A DNA stretch of 64,000 nucleotides from NCBI GenBank assembly GCA_040390065.1, contig JAZJZE010000004.1, positions 76,969 through 140,968 of the forward strand, given 5' to 3'. Shown one piece after another: positions 8,877-19,500 of the stretch. The position numbers were made by a program, and so were the translations under genes. The notes under the pieces are model-generated. The model was given only the letters and a program-made list of their open reading frames with translations, had not been told where the DNA came from and did no database searches. The stretch's first letter is position 1; each line of letters begins with the position of its first letter. The stretch is from a bacterium. GTDB lineage: Archaea; Thermoplasmatota; E2; JACPAO01; JAHFTW01.

Positions 8877-10115
8877 TCACATCCGGCGGCGCAGCAGCAG
8901 GGCCACGACGCAGAGGGCGCCGACGAGGACGACGGGGTCCAGGGCCGGAGTGCGGGCCAGCACCGGTTGGGCGGCCGCCGTGTGCGGGGCGTCCGACTTC
9001 GCTTCGAGGGCATCGATGCGAGCCTGCAGGGTCGCGATGGTCGCCGCCGTGTCGGGGCCAGCCACGTTCGCCAGGCCAGCGGGGGCGTCCGCCGGCTTCA
9101 CCGAGACGACTTGGAACACGTCGTTGACGGCGAGTTCGACGCTGCCCGAGATGTCGGCGGGGATGGTGAACGAGACCAGCACGTTTGCCTTGTCGGTCGG
9201 CGACAGAAGCGGCGTCAGGCGCGCATCGACGATGCGGTCGGCGATCTTCGTCACCAGGAGGCCGACGCCCATCCAGGCGCCGTTGTTCTGCACGGGCACG
9301 ATGATGGAGACCTGCTGTCCGGCCTGCATCATGGCCGCGTTGCCGAGGGTGATGCCCAGGGCCACGACGTTCGGCTGCAGCGACGCCGCGTTGCTGAGGC
9401 GGATGCTGTTGACGGGGATGGCGGTGTTCTTCGTGACGGCGCCGTTGGCCGGGGCCGCGGCGGCCGGGACGAGGTACCAGATCTTGTCGTCGCGCTGCAC
9501 GAGGGTCATCGTGACGGTCTTGGCCTGCGCGCTCGAGGTCACCGCGTCTGCGTCGCTGGGCTTGACGAAGGTGCCGCCGATGCCGCCGTTGGTGGGCGAG
9601 ATGCGCAGCGTCCAGTCGCCCGCGACCACCGGCAGGAGGGTCGTGCCGGCGAAGTTCTTGGCGTAGACCGCTTCGCCCTTGCCGAACGAGCCGCTTGCGT
9701 CCGCGTCTGCGTAGACGAAGGTCACCGGGCCCGTGACTGCGATGGCGTTGACGGCGGGGGAGACGAGCTTGTCCGCACTGTCCACAAGGCTGCCGGCCAT
9801 CTTGCCGATGGCGTCGCAGCTGCTGGCGTGGAGGTCGGCCAGTTGGATGCCGGCCGTGCCGGAGGTATCGAAGACGACGCAATCGGCCTGGGGGTTGCCC
9901 GAGCCGTCCAGGTTCACCATCGAGTAGGTGACGGCGATGGCGTCCTTCTTCGTGAGGGGGGCGTAGTCGAAGTCGCCCGCGCGCACTTGCGTGCCGAAGG
10001 GGCCGACCTGGACCTGCGCGGTTGCGGGCCCTGCGAGGATGGAGGAAGCGAGGAGGAGTGCGGCACATGCCATGAGGATGGGGGCCGTTGTTCGGGGTGC
10101 GGGCGTGGATTGCAT
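8877..10115 (-). CDS. Secreted/surface protein with PGF-CTERM-like sorting tail
   Basis: N-terminal signal peptide; C-terminus TPALDP + hydrophobic + RRRM. Confidence 0.7.
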   Translation of the reverse strand: MQSTPAPRTTAPILMACAALLLASSILAGPATAQVQVGPFGTQVRAGDFDYAPLTKKDAIAVTYSMVNLDGSGNPQADCVVFDTSGTAGIQLADLHASSCDAIGKMAGSLVDSADKLVSPAVNAIAVTGPVTFVYADADASGSFGKGEAVYAKNFAGTTLLPVVAGDWTLRISPTNGGIGGTFVKPSDADAVTSSAQAKTVTMTLVQRDDKIWYLVPAAAAPANGAVTKNTAIPVNSIRLSNAASLQPNVVALGITLGNAAMMQAGQQVSIIVPVQNNGAWMGVGLLVTKIADRIVDARLTPLLSPTDKANVLVSFTIPADISGSVELAVNDVFQVVSVKPADAPAGLANVAGPDTAATIATLQARIDALEAKSDAPHTAAAQPVLARTPALDPVVLVGALCVVALLLRRRM

Positions 10116-10223
10116 GTCGTTCCCGAGCCGACCAGCGAGACGGGGTCCATCATGGTTCTCGACAGAGACTGCGGAATTGTCGGTGAACAACGCCACAATC
10201 TTGTTTCTCTATAGGCAACCTAG

Positions 10224-11009
10224 TTGTCTCGGGCGGAGGTCGCGCGCATCGTGCAGGCGAGGTCCATCCACGTGCAAGGGTTGAACCTGCACTACGGCAA
10301 GACCCACGCCTTGAAATCCGTCAGCCTGGACATCCCGGAACGCCAGGTCACGGCCGTCATCGGGCCGTCCGGCTGCGGCAAGTCGACGTTCCTGCGCACC
10401 CTCAACCGCATGAACGACACCATCCCCGGCGTGCGCGTCGAGGGCGACGTGCGCATCGGCGAGCGCAGCCTCTACGGCAACGGCGTCGACGTGGTCGAAC
10501 TGCGCCGCGACGTCGGCATGGTGTTCCAGAAGCCCAACCCGTTCCCGACGTCGATTCGCAACAACGTCCTCTTCGGGCCGCGTCTGCATCGGCGCCTCAG
10601 TGCCAGCGAGAAGGACGAACTGGTCGAGTCCGCACTCCGACACGCCGCCCTGTGGGACGAGGTGCGCGACCGTCTGGACAAGGATGCGACCATGCTCTCC
10701 GGCGGCCAGCAGCAACGCCTCTGCATCGCCCGCGCCTTGGCCGTGGAACCCGGCGTCCTGCTGATGGACGAGCCTGCCTCGGCCCTCGACCCGCTGGCCA
10801 CGGCCAAGATCGAGGACCTCATCCGCGACCTGCGGCGCGAACTCACCGTCGTCATCGTCACGCACAACATGCAGCAGGCGGCGCGCGTGTCCGACCACAC
10901 GGCGTTCTTCTACATGGGCGAACTCGTCGAATACGGCGCCACGAAGCAGATCTTCGAGAATCCCGCCAACAAGCGCACGGAAGACTACGTGACAGGACGG
11001 TTCGGATGA
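10224..11009 (+). CDS. pstB: Phosphate ABC transporter ATPase
   Basis: [34 protein letters not shown]. Confidence 0.95.
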   Translation: MSRAEVARIVQARSIHVQGLNLHYGKTHALKSVSLDIPERQVTAVIGPSGCGKSTFLRTLNRMNDTIPGVRVEGDVRIGERSLYGNGVDVVELRRDVGMVFQKPNPFPTSIRNNVLFGPRLHRRLSASEKDELVESALRHAALWDEVRDRLDKDATMLSGGQQQRLCIARALAVEPGVLLMDEPASALDPLATAKIEDLIRDLRRELTVVIVTHNMQQAARVSDHTAFFYMGELVEYGATKQIFENPANKRTEDYVTGRFG

Positions 11010-11656
11010 CCCGCGAATTCCATTCCAGGCTCGAAGAGATTGAAGGCCGCGTCGTCGCCATGGCGGCGCTGGCCAAGGAGAACGTCAGGCAAGGCGTCGA
11101 GGCCCTCATGAGCCTGGACGAGCAGCGCGCCAACGAGGTGCGCCACCGCGGCGAGCAGCTCAACCGCATGGACGTCGAACTGGAGCGCGACCTGCTCGAC
11201 CTCCTGGCGCTGCACCAGCCCGTGGCGAAGGACTTGCGGGCCATTGGGGCCAGCCTGAAGATCATCACCTACCTCGACCGGATTGGTCGCTACGGCTACG
11301 ACATCGCCAACGCCGCCTTGGCGCTCAAGGACAAGGAGCCGGTGCGCCGGCCGCCGACCTTCCCCCTCATGGCTGACCGCGCCACGGCGATGCTGGACCA
11401 AGCCATGCAGGCGTACCGCGAACACGACGCGACCAAGGCCCGCCTGGTGCGGCCGCAGGACGAGGAGGTCGACGCCCTGGACGACCAGATCTTCCGCCAG
11501 TGCGTCACCTACATGATGGAGGACGCCCGCGCCATCGGGGCCTGTTCGCACTTCATCCTCGTATCGCGGCACCTCGAGCGCGTCGGCGACAACGCATGCA
11601 AGATCGCCGAGAAGGTCCTGTACATGGTCACAGGCGAGCGCCGCCTGCAGGTGTAG
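11006..11656 (+). CDS. phoU: Phosphate signalling protein PhoU
   Basis: [17 protein letters not shown]; ATGA overlap with pstB. Confidence 0.95.
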   Translation: MTREFHSRLEEIEGRVVAMAALAKENVRQGVEALMSLDEQRANEVRHRGEQLNRMDVELERDLLDLLALHQPVAKDLRAIGASLKIITYLDRIGRYGYDIANAALALKDKEPVRRPPTFPLMADRATAMLDQAMQAYREHDATKARLVRPQDEEVDALDDQIFRQCVTYMMEDARAIGACSHFILVSRHLERVGDNACKIAEKVLYMVTGERRLQV

Positions 11657-11657
11657 A

Positions 11658-12569
11658 ATGTCCGAGGCGAGCGACCGGCCGGCCGCCCGCCTGCGGCTGC
11701 GATGGAGAGGCTCCGACCGTCTCTTTGGGGTCACCACCGCGACGTTCGCCCTCGCCGTCGCCGCGGTCTTCGCGGTCATGGTCGTCATGCTCGCGCAGCG
11801 GTCTTCGGCGGCTTGGCACGCCTTCGGCCCGTCGTTCTTGTGGCAGACCGGCACGTACACGTCCGAGAGCGACATCTTCCACGGCGCCCGGCCGTACCTC
11901 TACGGCACGCTGGTCACGAGCCTTCTGGCCCTGGTCTTTGCCGTCCCCGTCGCCGTCGGCACGGCCGTCGCGCTGGTGGAACTCATGCCGCGCTGGTTGG
12001 CGCAGCCTGTCGGCCTGTTCATCGAGCTGCTTGCCGCGGTGCCCTCCATCATCTTCGGCATCTGGGGCGTGGCCGTGATCGTCCCCTTCGTGCACAGCCT
12101 GAACCCGACGCTGACCGGGCAATCGCTGCTGAGCGCCGCCCTCGTGCTGGCCATCATGGTGCTCCCCATCATGACAGCCGTGACGCGCGACATGCTCAAG
12201 GCGGTGCCACGCGCACAGAGGGAAGCGGCCCTCGCGCTCGGCGCGACGCCGTGGGAAGTGACCTGGCGTATCGTGCTGCCCAACGCGCGCTCCGGCATCA
12301 CGGCGGCCGCAATCCTCGGGCTTGGCCGGGCCACCGGGGAAACCATGGCGGTCATCATGGTCATCGGCTTCAAACCGGAGATCTACACCGACCTGTTCCA
12401 AGGCGGTGCCACGATGGCCAGTGTCATCGCAAGCGACTTCGGCGAAGCCCACGCCCTGCAGAAGTCGGCTCTCATCGAGATTGGCGTCCTGATGCTGGTC
12501 GTGAGTCTGGTCCTGAGCGTGTCGGCCCGCCTCGTGGTACGCCGCCTCGGCCGGAGGATGTCGGCATGA
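11658..12569 (+). CDS. pstC: Phosphate ABC transporter permease
   Basis: ELLAAVPSII, REAALALGAT.W, GRATGETMAV. Confidence 0.95.
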   Translation: MSEASDRPAARLRLRWRGSDRLFGVTTATFALAVAAVFAVMVVMLAQRSSAAWHAFGPSFLWQTGTYTSESDIFHGARPYLYGTLVTSLLALVFAVPVAVGTAVALVELMPRWLAQPVGLFIELLAAVPSIIFGIWGVAVIVPFVHSLNPTLTGQSLLSAALVLAIMVLPIMTAVTRDMLKAVPRAQREAALALGATPWEVTWRIVLPNARSGITAAAILGLGRATGETMAVIMVIGFKPEIYTDLFQGGATMASVIASDFGEAHALQKSALIEIGVLMLVVSLVLSVSARLVVRRLGRRMSA

Positions 12570-13450
12570 ACCGCCTCGCCCGCCGCAAACTGACAAGCCG
12601 CGTCGCTGCCGGCGTCTGCATCCTCTTCGCGTTCGCGGCACTCTATCCACTCTACTCCGTCCTCTCCATCGTGGTCTCCAACGGTTGGCGCCACGTCAAC
12701 TGGGAGTTCCTGACGACGGTGCGCAGCGGGCACATCGTGAAGAGCCCGGGTTCGATCGCCTTCGTCACGACGGGCGGCATCCAGCACGCCATCGTCGGCA
12801 CGGGACTCGTCGTCGGCATCGGCACGCTCCTCGGAGCGCCGCTTGGCATCCTGGCGGGCATCCACCTCGCCGAGGCGCGGCCGTCGCGGTTGACGGCGAC
12901 TGTCCGCGTGGCTGCCGACGCGATGGCGGGCATCCCCAGCATCGTCGCGGGCCTGTTCGGCTTCGCCCTGATCGTGGCCACGGCCCCGAACATCTTCACG
13001 CACGACGGCTACAGTGCCTGGGCCGGCGGCGTCGCCTTGGCGGTCCTCATGGTGCCGACCGTGACGCGGACGACCGAAGAGGCTCTGCGCACGGTGCCGC
13101 AATCCCTGCGCGAGGCGTCGCTTGCCTTGGGGGCACCAGGCTGGTACACCATCATCCGGGTCGTGCTCCCGGCCGCTTGGGGTGCCGTCACGACTGGCCT
13201 CCTCCTTGGAGTGGCGCGCATCGCCGGCGAAACCGCGCCCCTCCTCCTCACGGCCGGCACGAGCGGCAGTTTCCTGCAGACGGACCCGTCCAAGCCGGTG
13301 ACCACCCTGCCCTTCGTCATCTACGACTACTACAAGCAGCGCGGCGACTTGGAAGGCCCTGCGTGGGGCGCCGCGTTGGTGCTCATCTCCATGATCCTGG
13401 TGCTGAACCTGACGGTGCGGCTCTTGTCGCGCCGGCGCCTGCCCGTCTAG
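12566..13450 (+). CDS. pstA: Phosphate ABC transporter permease
   Basis: GIPSIV.GLFG, REASLALGA, ARIAGETAPLL. Confidence 0.95.
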   Translation: MNRLARRKLTSRVAAGVCILFAFAALYPLYSVLSIVVSNGWRHVNWEFLTTVRSGHIVKSPGSIAFVTTGGIQHAIVGTGLVVGIGTLLGAPLGILAGIHLAEARPSRLTATVRVAADAMAGIPSIVAGLFGFALIVATAPNIFTHDGYSAWAGGVALAVLMVPTVTRTTEEALRTVPQSLREASLALGAPGWYTIIRVVLPAAWGAVTTGLLLGVARIAGETAPLLLTAGTSGSFLQTDPSKPVTTLPFVIYDYYKQRGDLEGPAWGAALVLISMILVLNLTVRLLSRRRLPV

Positions 13451-14658
13451 ACTTCATCCGCAGGGGCAGGGCCAGCCAATCCCGGACTCGTCGGGCGCAG
13501 GCTCCACGCCACCATCGCCGCCGCGACGAGCGCCACGGCCCCCAGGACCACGAAGGTGTCCAAGAAATCGGACCGCGATTTGAAGAAGCCCGCGGCCACG
13601 GCGCCCGCCCAGCCGCCAAGGTACGCCACGACCAACTGGATGCCGTGGCCGAGTCCACCGCTGCGCCCGGCGAGGCGACTCACCTGGCTCGGAAGGACCG
13701 CCGACAGGACGGCGTGCGCCGCGAAGAAGACGCAGCCGGCGACGGCCACGACCCAGAACGAGGACTCCAGCCGGAACAGGGGCGCTGCGACCGCCAACGC
13801 GACGAGGGCCACGAGGATGGGTTGCCACGCGGCTCCACTGCGGTCGACGGCCCGGCTGGCAAGCCCCATCACCGCGAATGCCACGAGCAGGACGATGGCC
13901 AGCGTTCCGTCGCCGATGTGGACGAGGACGTCCTGCTGGAAGTCGAACATCGTGGCGCGCATGGCGTAGTTGATGGTGAAGCCGGCGAGGGCCAAGCCGA
14001 GGACGGGCAGGCCCAGGCTGCGGCGCGGCTCGGCGAGGCCGGGAATCGGCGGGGGCAGTGGGCGCAGCAGGATGGGCAGGCTGGCGAGGGCGCCGAGGGC
14101 GGCGGTGATCCAGAAGAGCGATGCAAACGGCATGAGCCCCGGGTGCGCCGTGCTGCCGACGAGAAGGGGGCCAATCACGAACCCGAGGAACACGCCAATC
14201 CCTGCCGGGACGCCGACCATCGCCATCGCCATGGTGCGACGCTCGGCGGGAACGGTCTCGCCCACGGCAGCCATCGCCGAACTCGACACTCCGCCGAGGC
14301 CTTGCAGAAGCTGCGCGGCAATCAGCGGCCAAATGCTGTGGGCCATGGCGCTTGCCGCGGCGCCCGCGACGAAGACGAATGTTCCCGCGAGCAGGACGGG
14401 CCGGCGGCCGACGCGATCCGACAGGACCCCGGTGATGAGTTGTGCAAGGGCCATCGTCACGGCGTAGGCGCCAAAGGCGATGCCGGCCAACACGTCCGCC
14501 GACGCCGCCGACGTGCCCGCCGGGACGAGCGTCTTTGCGTACTCGGTGAAGCCGAGGGTCGTCAAACTGAACGCGAAGACGCGCGTGAACACGATCGCGC
14601 TAGCCGTCGCCACGAGCCCAAGCTCCGCCTTGGTAAAACGGCTTCGCGGCGCAGCCAC
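13447..14658 (-). CDS. MFS transporter
   Basis: G.LSDRVGRRPV motif A; about 12 hydrophobic segments. Confidence 0.9.
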   Translation of the reverse strand: MAAPRSRFTKAELGLVATASAIVFTRVFAFSLTTLGFTEYAKTLVPAGTSAASADVLAGIAFGAYAVTMALAQLITGVLSDRVGRRPVLLAGTFVFVAGAAASAMAHSIWPLIAAQLLQGLGGVSSSAMAAVGETVPAERRTMAMAMVGVPAGIGVFLGFVIGPLLVGSTAHPGLMPFASLFWITAALGALASLPILLRPLPPPIPGLAEPRRSLGLPVLGLALAGFTINYAMRATMFDFQQDVLVHIGDGTLAIVLLVAFAVMGLASRAVDRSGAAWQPILVALVALAVAAPLFRLESSFWVVAVAGCVFFAAHAVLSAVLPSQVSRLAGRSGGLGHGIQLVVAYLGGWAGAVAAGFFKSRSDFLDTFVVLGAVALVAAAMVAWSLRPTSPGLAGPAPADEV

Positions 14659-14730
14659 GACGCCCCCTGCCTCCTCCCGGCCAAAAGGGTTGCGTCATCC
14701 ACTCAAATACGGCGGGCCTGATGGACCGGC

Positions 14731-15510
14731 ATGGGTCAGATGCGGTTGCGTCCGGGCGATTGGCTGATGGTTCTCCTGCCAGTGCCGTTCTACGTCCTCC
14801 TTTCGAGTTGGATCGGCCTCACGGGCAAGCCGTCGTTTCCCTGGGAGAAGGGAGCCGCATCGTTCTTCGGGTCCGTGTGGCAAGCCAACATCGGCGCCGA
14901 CGTCCTCTTTGCCCTAGGCAGCGCCGGCGTGTGCTTCGGTTCGCTCTTCGCCGTCGCCTACGCTTGCCGCCGCATGCCGCCCGGGTGGCCCGGCTTCGTA
15001 GCGGCCGGCGCCGCGGGCCTCTCCATCCTTCTGAACTGGCTCGTCTACGGCCTGAGTTTCATGGCGATGTTTCCCGACTGGTGGCAGAAGAACATCAGCT
15101 TCGGCGACGGGGGCAACGGCATGAACTTCCCCGATTCCATGCGCTTCGTCTGGGACTGGGCATGGCCGACCCTCGTGTTCTTCTCCCTCGTCATCCCGCT
15201 CGTGTTCTGGGGCATCCTGGAACTGGTCAACGCGTCGAGACGCAAGGCGGGGACACCCCCAGGATGGACGCCGGCACCCCCGGGGCCCCCTTACGCCTCG
15301 CGCCCCACGCCGACATGGCCACCCGCCCCCGCACAACCCGCGCAACGCCCCGCGGCACCCTGGCCCCAACCGACACGCGCCCCCGCCCCCCCGCGTGCGC
15401 CCATGAAGCCAACCCAACCCGGGCGTATGCCTCCACCGCAAGCTCCGCGGCCACCGCTGCGCCCACCGGGGAGCCCGCCCAGGGCGGGGCCGCCGCAACG
15501 AAAGGCGTAG
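14731..15510 (+). CDS. Membrane protein with Pro-rich C-terminal tail
   Basis: About 4 TM segments then a low-complexity Pro-rich tail. Confidence 0.65.
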   Translation: MGQMRLRPGDWLMVLLPVPFYVLLSSWIGLTGKPSFPWEKGAASFFGSVWQANIGADVLFALGSAGVCFGSLFAVAYACRRMPPGWPGFVAAGAAGLSILLNWLVYGLSFMAMFPDWWQKNISFGDGGNGMNFPDSMRFVWDWAWPTLVFFSLVIPLVFWGILELVNASRRKAGTPPGWTPAPPGPPYASRPTPTWPPAPAQPAQRPAAPWPQPTRAPAPPRAPMKPTQPGRMPPPQAPRPPLRPPGSPPRAGPPQRKA

Positions 15511-15518
15511 GGGCCACC

Positions 15519-15580
15519 GGTTGCTTCCCGTAAATCAGGGGGTGTGCCGTAATGCTGGTTCAGCAGGCCGTAATGCTGGT
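15519..15580. repeat. Left TIR plus subterminal repeats
   Basis: GCCGTAATGCTGGT at 15546-15559 and 15567-15580; inverted copy ACCAGCATTACGG at 28074-28086. Confidence 0.85.
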
Positions 15581-15657
15581 GGGAAGGCAGCTGCGGGCAC
15601 GCATGGCATGCGTCCACGTAAGATGCTCAAAGTTGGGCGCCGGAAGGGGTCTGGCAC

Positions 15658-16524
15658 TCAACGGCAGCGGGTGGCTGGCGTCCAATAGAAATGCTCGAAC
15701 GAAGGCGAAGGCAAACCGCATGCCGCGAAGGTCGTCCCAATTAGGGTTCGGGCTTCGTCTTCCGTCCCCGGAGAACTTTCCGGGCTTCGAAAGATTACGG
15801 TGACGTGGTCGTTTGCATCGACATGTACGCCAGGGTAGGGCGTGTCTCCTGGCGGGCATACGCCTAGAGAACGGTAGTCAAATTCGAACGTCCAGTCGCC
15901 AACGGATTGATGGGTCTTGTTCGGTTGACTTGCCCCGAGTTCCTCGTAGAGTGCGGAAAGCCGCAGTGGTAGTGCCCCCTGCCAGTTGATTGCAGGGTAA
16001 CCATAGGTCGGGGTGTACGGCTGGCGGCTCCATTCGACGGCAAGCTGCGTCCGATTGATGGAAGACAGGGAAGTTGTCCTTTCCAGGAAATCTTCCATTC
16101 CCGCCGTCGAATTTGGTGGTCCGCCGTATTCCAACGTGATGTTAACTGGGTCTGCGCGCCAGTATCTGCTTGTGGGCGCCCTGCCGCCCGGCTCAATCCC
16201 AGCCGATGGCATGTTCGAAGGCATCCAGGAAACGGCCAACAACTTGACGTCGCCATGGAAGGCCCGGCTGACGCTCTGGTTGTAAAAAGGAAGACCTTGA
16301 ATGTCACCCCAGTAGCCCGTCACCGTACCGCTAAACCCGCTGCCAGGCGTGGCACGCTGCTGCGCAGCCACATAGACAGAGGGCTGATCCCAGGATGCGG
16401 CGCCTGGTTCATCCCTGCATCCGAACCCGCCGAGACAACCGGCCACTAGGAGCGCCAGAGGCACAATCGCGGCTTGGGCGACCAGACGACCTGCACCTGA
16501 AATCGAGGCGGAGCCTTCGTGCAT
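15658..16524 (-). CDS. Putative lipoprotein (candidate immunity protein)
   Basis: LLVAGC lipobox; 11 bp downstream of the large secreted hydrolase. Confidence 0.6.
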   Translation of the reverse strand: MHEGSASISGAGRLVAQAAIVPLALLVAGCLGGFGCRDEPGAASWDQPSVYVAAQQRATPGSGFSGTVTGYWGDIQGLPFYNQSVSRAFHGDVKLLAVSWMPSNMPSAGIEPGGRAPTSRYWRADPVNITLEYGGPPNSTAGMEDFLERTTSLSSINRTQLAVEWSRQPYTPTYGYPAINWQGALPLRLSALYEELGASQPNKTHQSVGDWTFEFDYRSLGVCPPGDTPYPGVHVDANDHVTVIFRSPESSPGTEDEARTLIGTTFAACGLPSPSFEHFYWTPATRCR

Positions 16525-16535
16525 GGCCACTTCCC

Positions 16536-19500
16536 CTAGCACGTCATCACGGTCGCTCCGGGGTCCTTCACCTTGGCAAGTAGAATTCCTTGGCCGGACG
16601 CGCTGGAGATGGCACTGCCTGCCAGGCCAGGGCGCGCCGCCGCATTGGGGGGGCCAAGAGTCCATGCGTTGGAGGCTATGTCGTACCGTTGGACGGCGTT
16701 CGTGGCCACGTTGTGGTTGAAGCCACCCACCACACATATGCCTGATGCTCCACTAATCGCGACGGCGTCTTGGACGGCCAGTGGCATGTCCGGAATCGTT
16801 CCCGGCGTCGCCCAGGCGCCGACGCAGGCATCGAAGATGTCAACGGAGGCCAACTCGGATGCCGGAGCGCCCCAACTGTTGCCGCCAGCGACAATCATGG
16901 GGGCACAGAATCCAGGAATGGGAGCCGAACTCAAGGTCACGGATTGCACGTCGGCGCGAGGCGTCGGCATGGGCATCACCCCAAGCGACCACGTCAAGGT
17001 CGAAAGGTCCAGCACCTGTACGTTGCCTTGCGCTCCGCACCCATACATGACGGCACAAGTGCGTCCGCCGAAGACGAAGATTTGGTTGCCCCAAGCCGCC
17101 GCTCCCGCCCCCGCTACAGCAACGGGCATCGGGTTCGGCAGCGTCGTCCAGGCACCCGTCGTGGAATCGTAGGCGTCGACGGTACCGCAAACCTTGGTGG
17201 GGCCGCACGCGTCGCTCTTGCCACCAATGACGTAGTAGACCGTTCCGACGGATACGCCGACGGCTTGGCTGCGCCGCGTCGGCGCCGGAGGCAGGCCATA
17301 CCAAACCTTGGTCACGTCATTGTAACACGCGGCAGCATCGGAATCACTTGTCGGATCGTTGTCATGCAAGAGCCCGTTGCTTACGACCACTGTTCCAGAG
17401 CCCACGCTCCCGGACGGCGGCGCGCACCAGCCCGCATACGCGGCGGCCGGCGCCGAAAGCAATGGCGCCGCCACGCAGGCGGGCGGCGTGCCAACCATTC
17501 CGGCCGGGCACGTTGCGCCGGTGCATGACGCGAGGGCATCTACGAGGGCCGAGCCATCAACGGGCAAACTCAATCCCTTGATGTTCGTCGTGATGCAGCG
17601 AACCACGGGTGGCGGGGCCCCTTCCAAGCAGTTGAGCAGGCGCTTGAGTTGCGGCGCCATATTTGGCACGTCATCGCCGGGCGGCAACTGCGGTGGGATG
17701 CCGATGGGTACGCACGGCACGGTCGGGAATGAGTCGAAGGGCAGGCTGTTGGCCAGGCACGCCACGGTGTGGTTCAGGTCCAGTTGCACGGCCTCGGCAA
17801 TCACGTTGTCGGGGCTGGACAGGAGGATGCTGGCGCATGTTCTGCGCCACTCGCCAAACGTGATGTATACGCCGACGGTGCGGCTGTCTTGCCGCGTCAC
17901 GCCGCCATATGTGGCCGTAATCGTGACCGGGTAGACGCCCGGCAGCGCGTACCGGAAGGAGCCGGCATACACGCCGTCTCCTGCACTTGCATCGGGTGCG
18001 ACGCCGTCGTCATGCAGGTCGACCGTGACGGTCGCGTTCGTGATGGAATCAAGTGTCGTCGCAGTCACGACTGCGCCTGTCTGGGGGACACCATTGAGCC
18101 AGACGACGCCGCGGAGCGTCGCGTCGCTTGCGACCTGTACCATGGTGTCAGTGCGGTCGCCGACGGCAAGACTGCCGTGCATGACCAAGTCGCCTTGCGG
18201 TGGGTCCGCCGCGACGCCGGCATACGTGATGGCAATCGTCCAGTCTCCGTCCGCTGGGTGGTCAACAAAGAGCGACCCAAACGGGAACGGGGCAACGTCG
18301 AAGGCCCCCGACCATCCAATGTCCGTGCCAAGGCCTTGGACGTCCGAGAAGGAGTTGACGGTTCCGTCCGGCCGCGTCACGGCAACCATCGCGCCTTGCA
18401 AGGATGCTTCCGAGTGGACGTTGAGGGTCATCTCGTCGAGGCCAGAGGCGGACACATGGAAGGTGGCAATCGAGTTGCCGCCGGCAGTGGTCATGGCGGC
18501 AACGAGGCGGGCCCGCGTTTCGTCTTTGTGCGGATCATCTGTGTACGCAGCGGCGGGCGCGCTGGCGGACAGAAGCGAGAAGCCGGCCCCGGAGTCGTTG
18601 CAGATTCCCGAGTTGCGGTAGCCTTCGAGGTAGCTCGTCGTGAGGTCGCGGAAGAACGTCTTGTCCATCATGCGCGATGTGCTTCCCGGGGCGTTGTAGT
18701 CGTGCCCGTATCCGGGGTCGTGGCGGATGTAGCTGCAACTCTTGGAGTCGCGGTTGTGGGTTGCGCTGTCCGTGCCGACCGCGCCGTCGCCGCAACTCCC
18801 GTCATGCCAAAACGCTCCCGCTTGGCATACGTCGCCGGCCAGGTGGAAGTAGCCGATACGCGGGTGGTTGTGATACGTGTTTTCAAGGGCGTCGGGCGTC
18901 GGGTACCACGAGGCCCCAATTACGGGGTTGGCGTCGGTCGCATCCATGAGTTCCGGGTCAATTTGGACGTTGACTTTTGATCCATCGCCCCACGCGCTGT
19001 TGCGGGTGGTGGTGCCGTCTCCCCACCACCCGTATTTCCAGCCCTGGTACCGCACGTAGAGGTCCCTGCCGCTGCCGTCAACGTAGTAGCTTTGTTGGCC
19101 CTTGGGCTTACTCGTCGCTTGGCAGCCCGAGCCCATGCTGGTGAGGCTTTGGTCGCAAATGTTGTACTTGTATTGCACGACGTTCGAGCCGAGATTCGGC
19201 GTTCCCATCGTAATGAGGTTGGCCACCATCCTTTCCGGAGTGTGCCCCTCCTGGGCCAGCTTGGTTTCAATCATGTAACGCGCCACTAGACCGCCAGCGC
19301 TGTGCGCAATCACATCTACAGGACCCAAGAATGCGATGTTTACGCCGTCGGAATCTTGCGTCCGTGGCACGTTTCCGAAGTCCGTTTCAAAGTTTCCGTC
19401 TTTCAGGCCCCGTTGGTATCCGGCATGAATTGCATTGATGTGCCCTTCGAGCGTCTGCGTCGAGCTTCGGAGGTCTTGCTTGCCGTTGTATTCCACGTTG

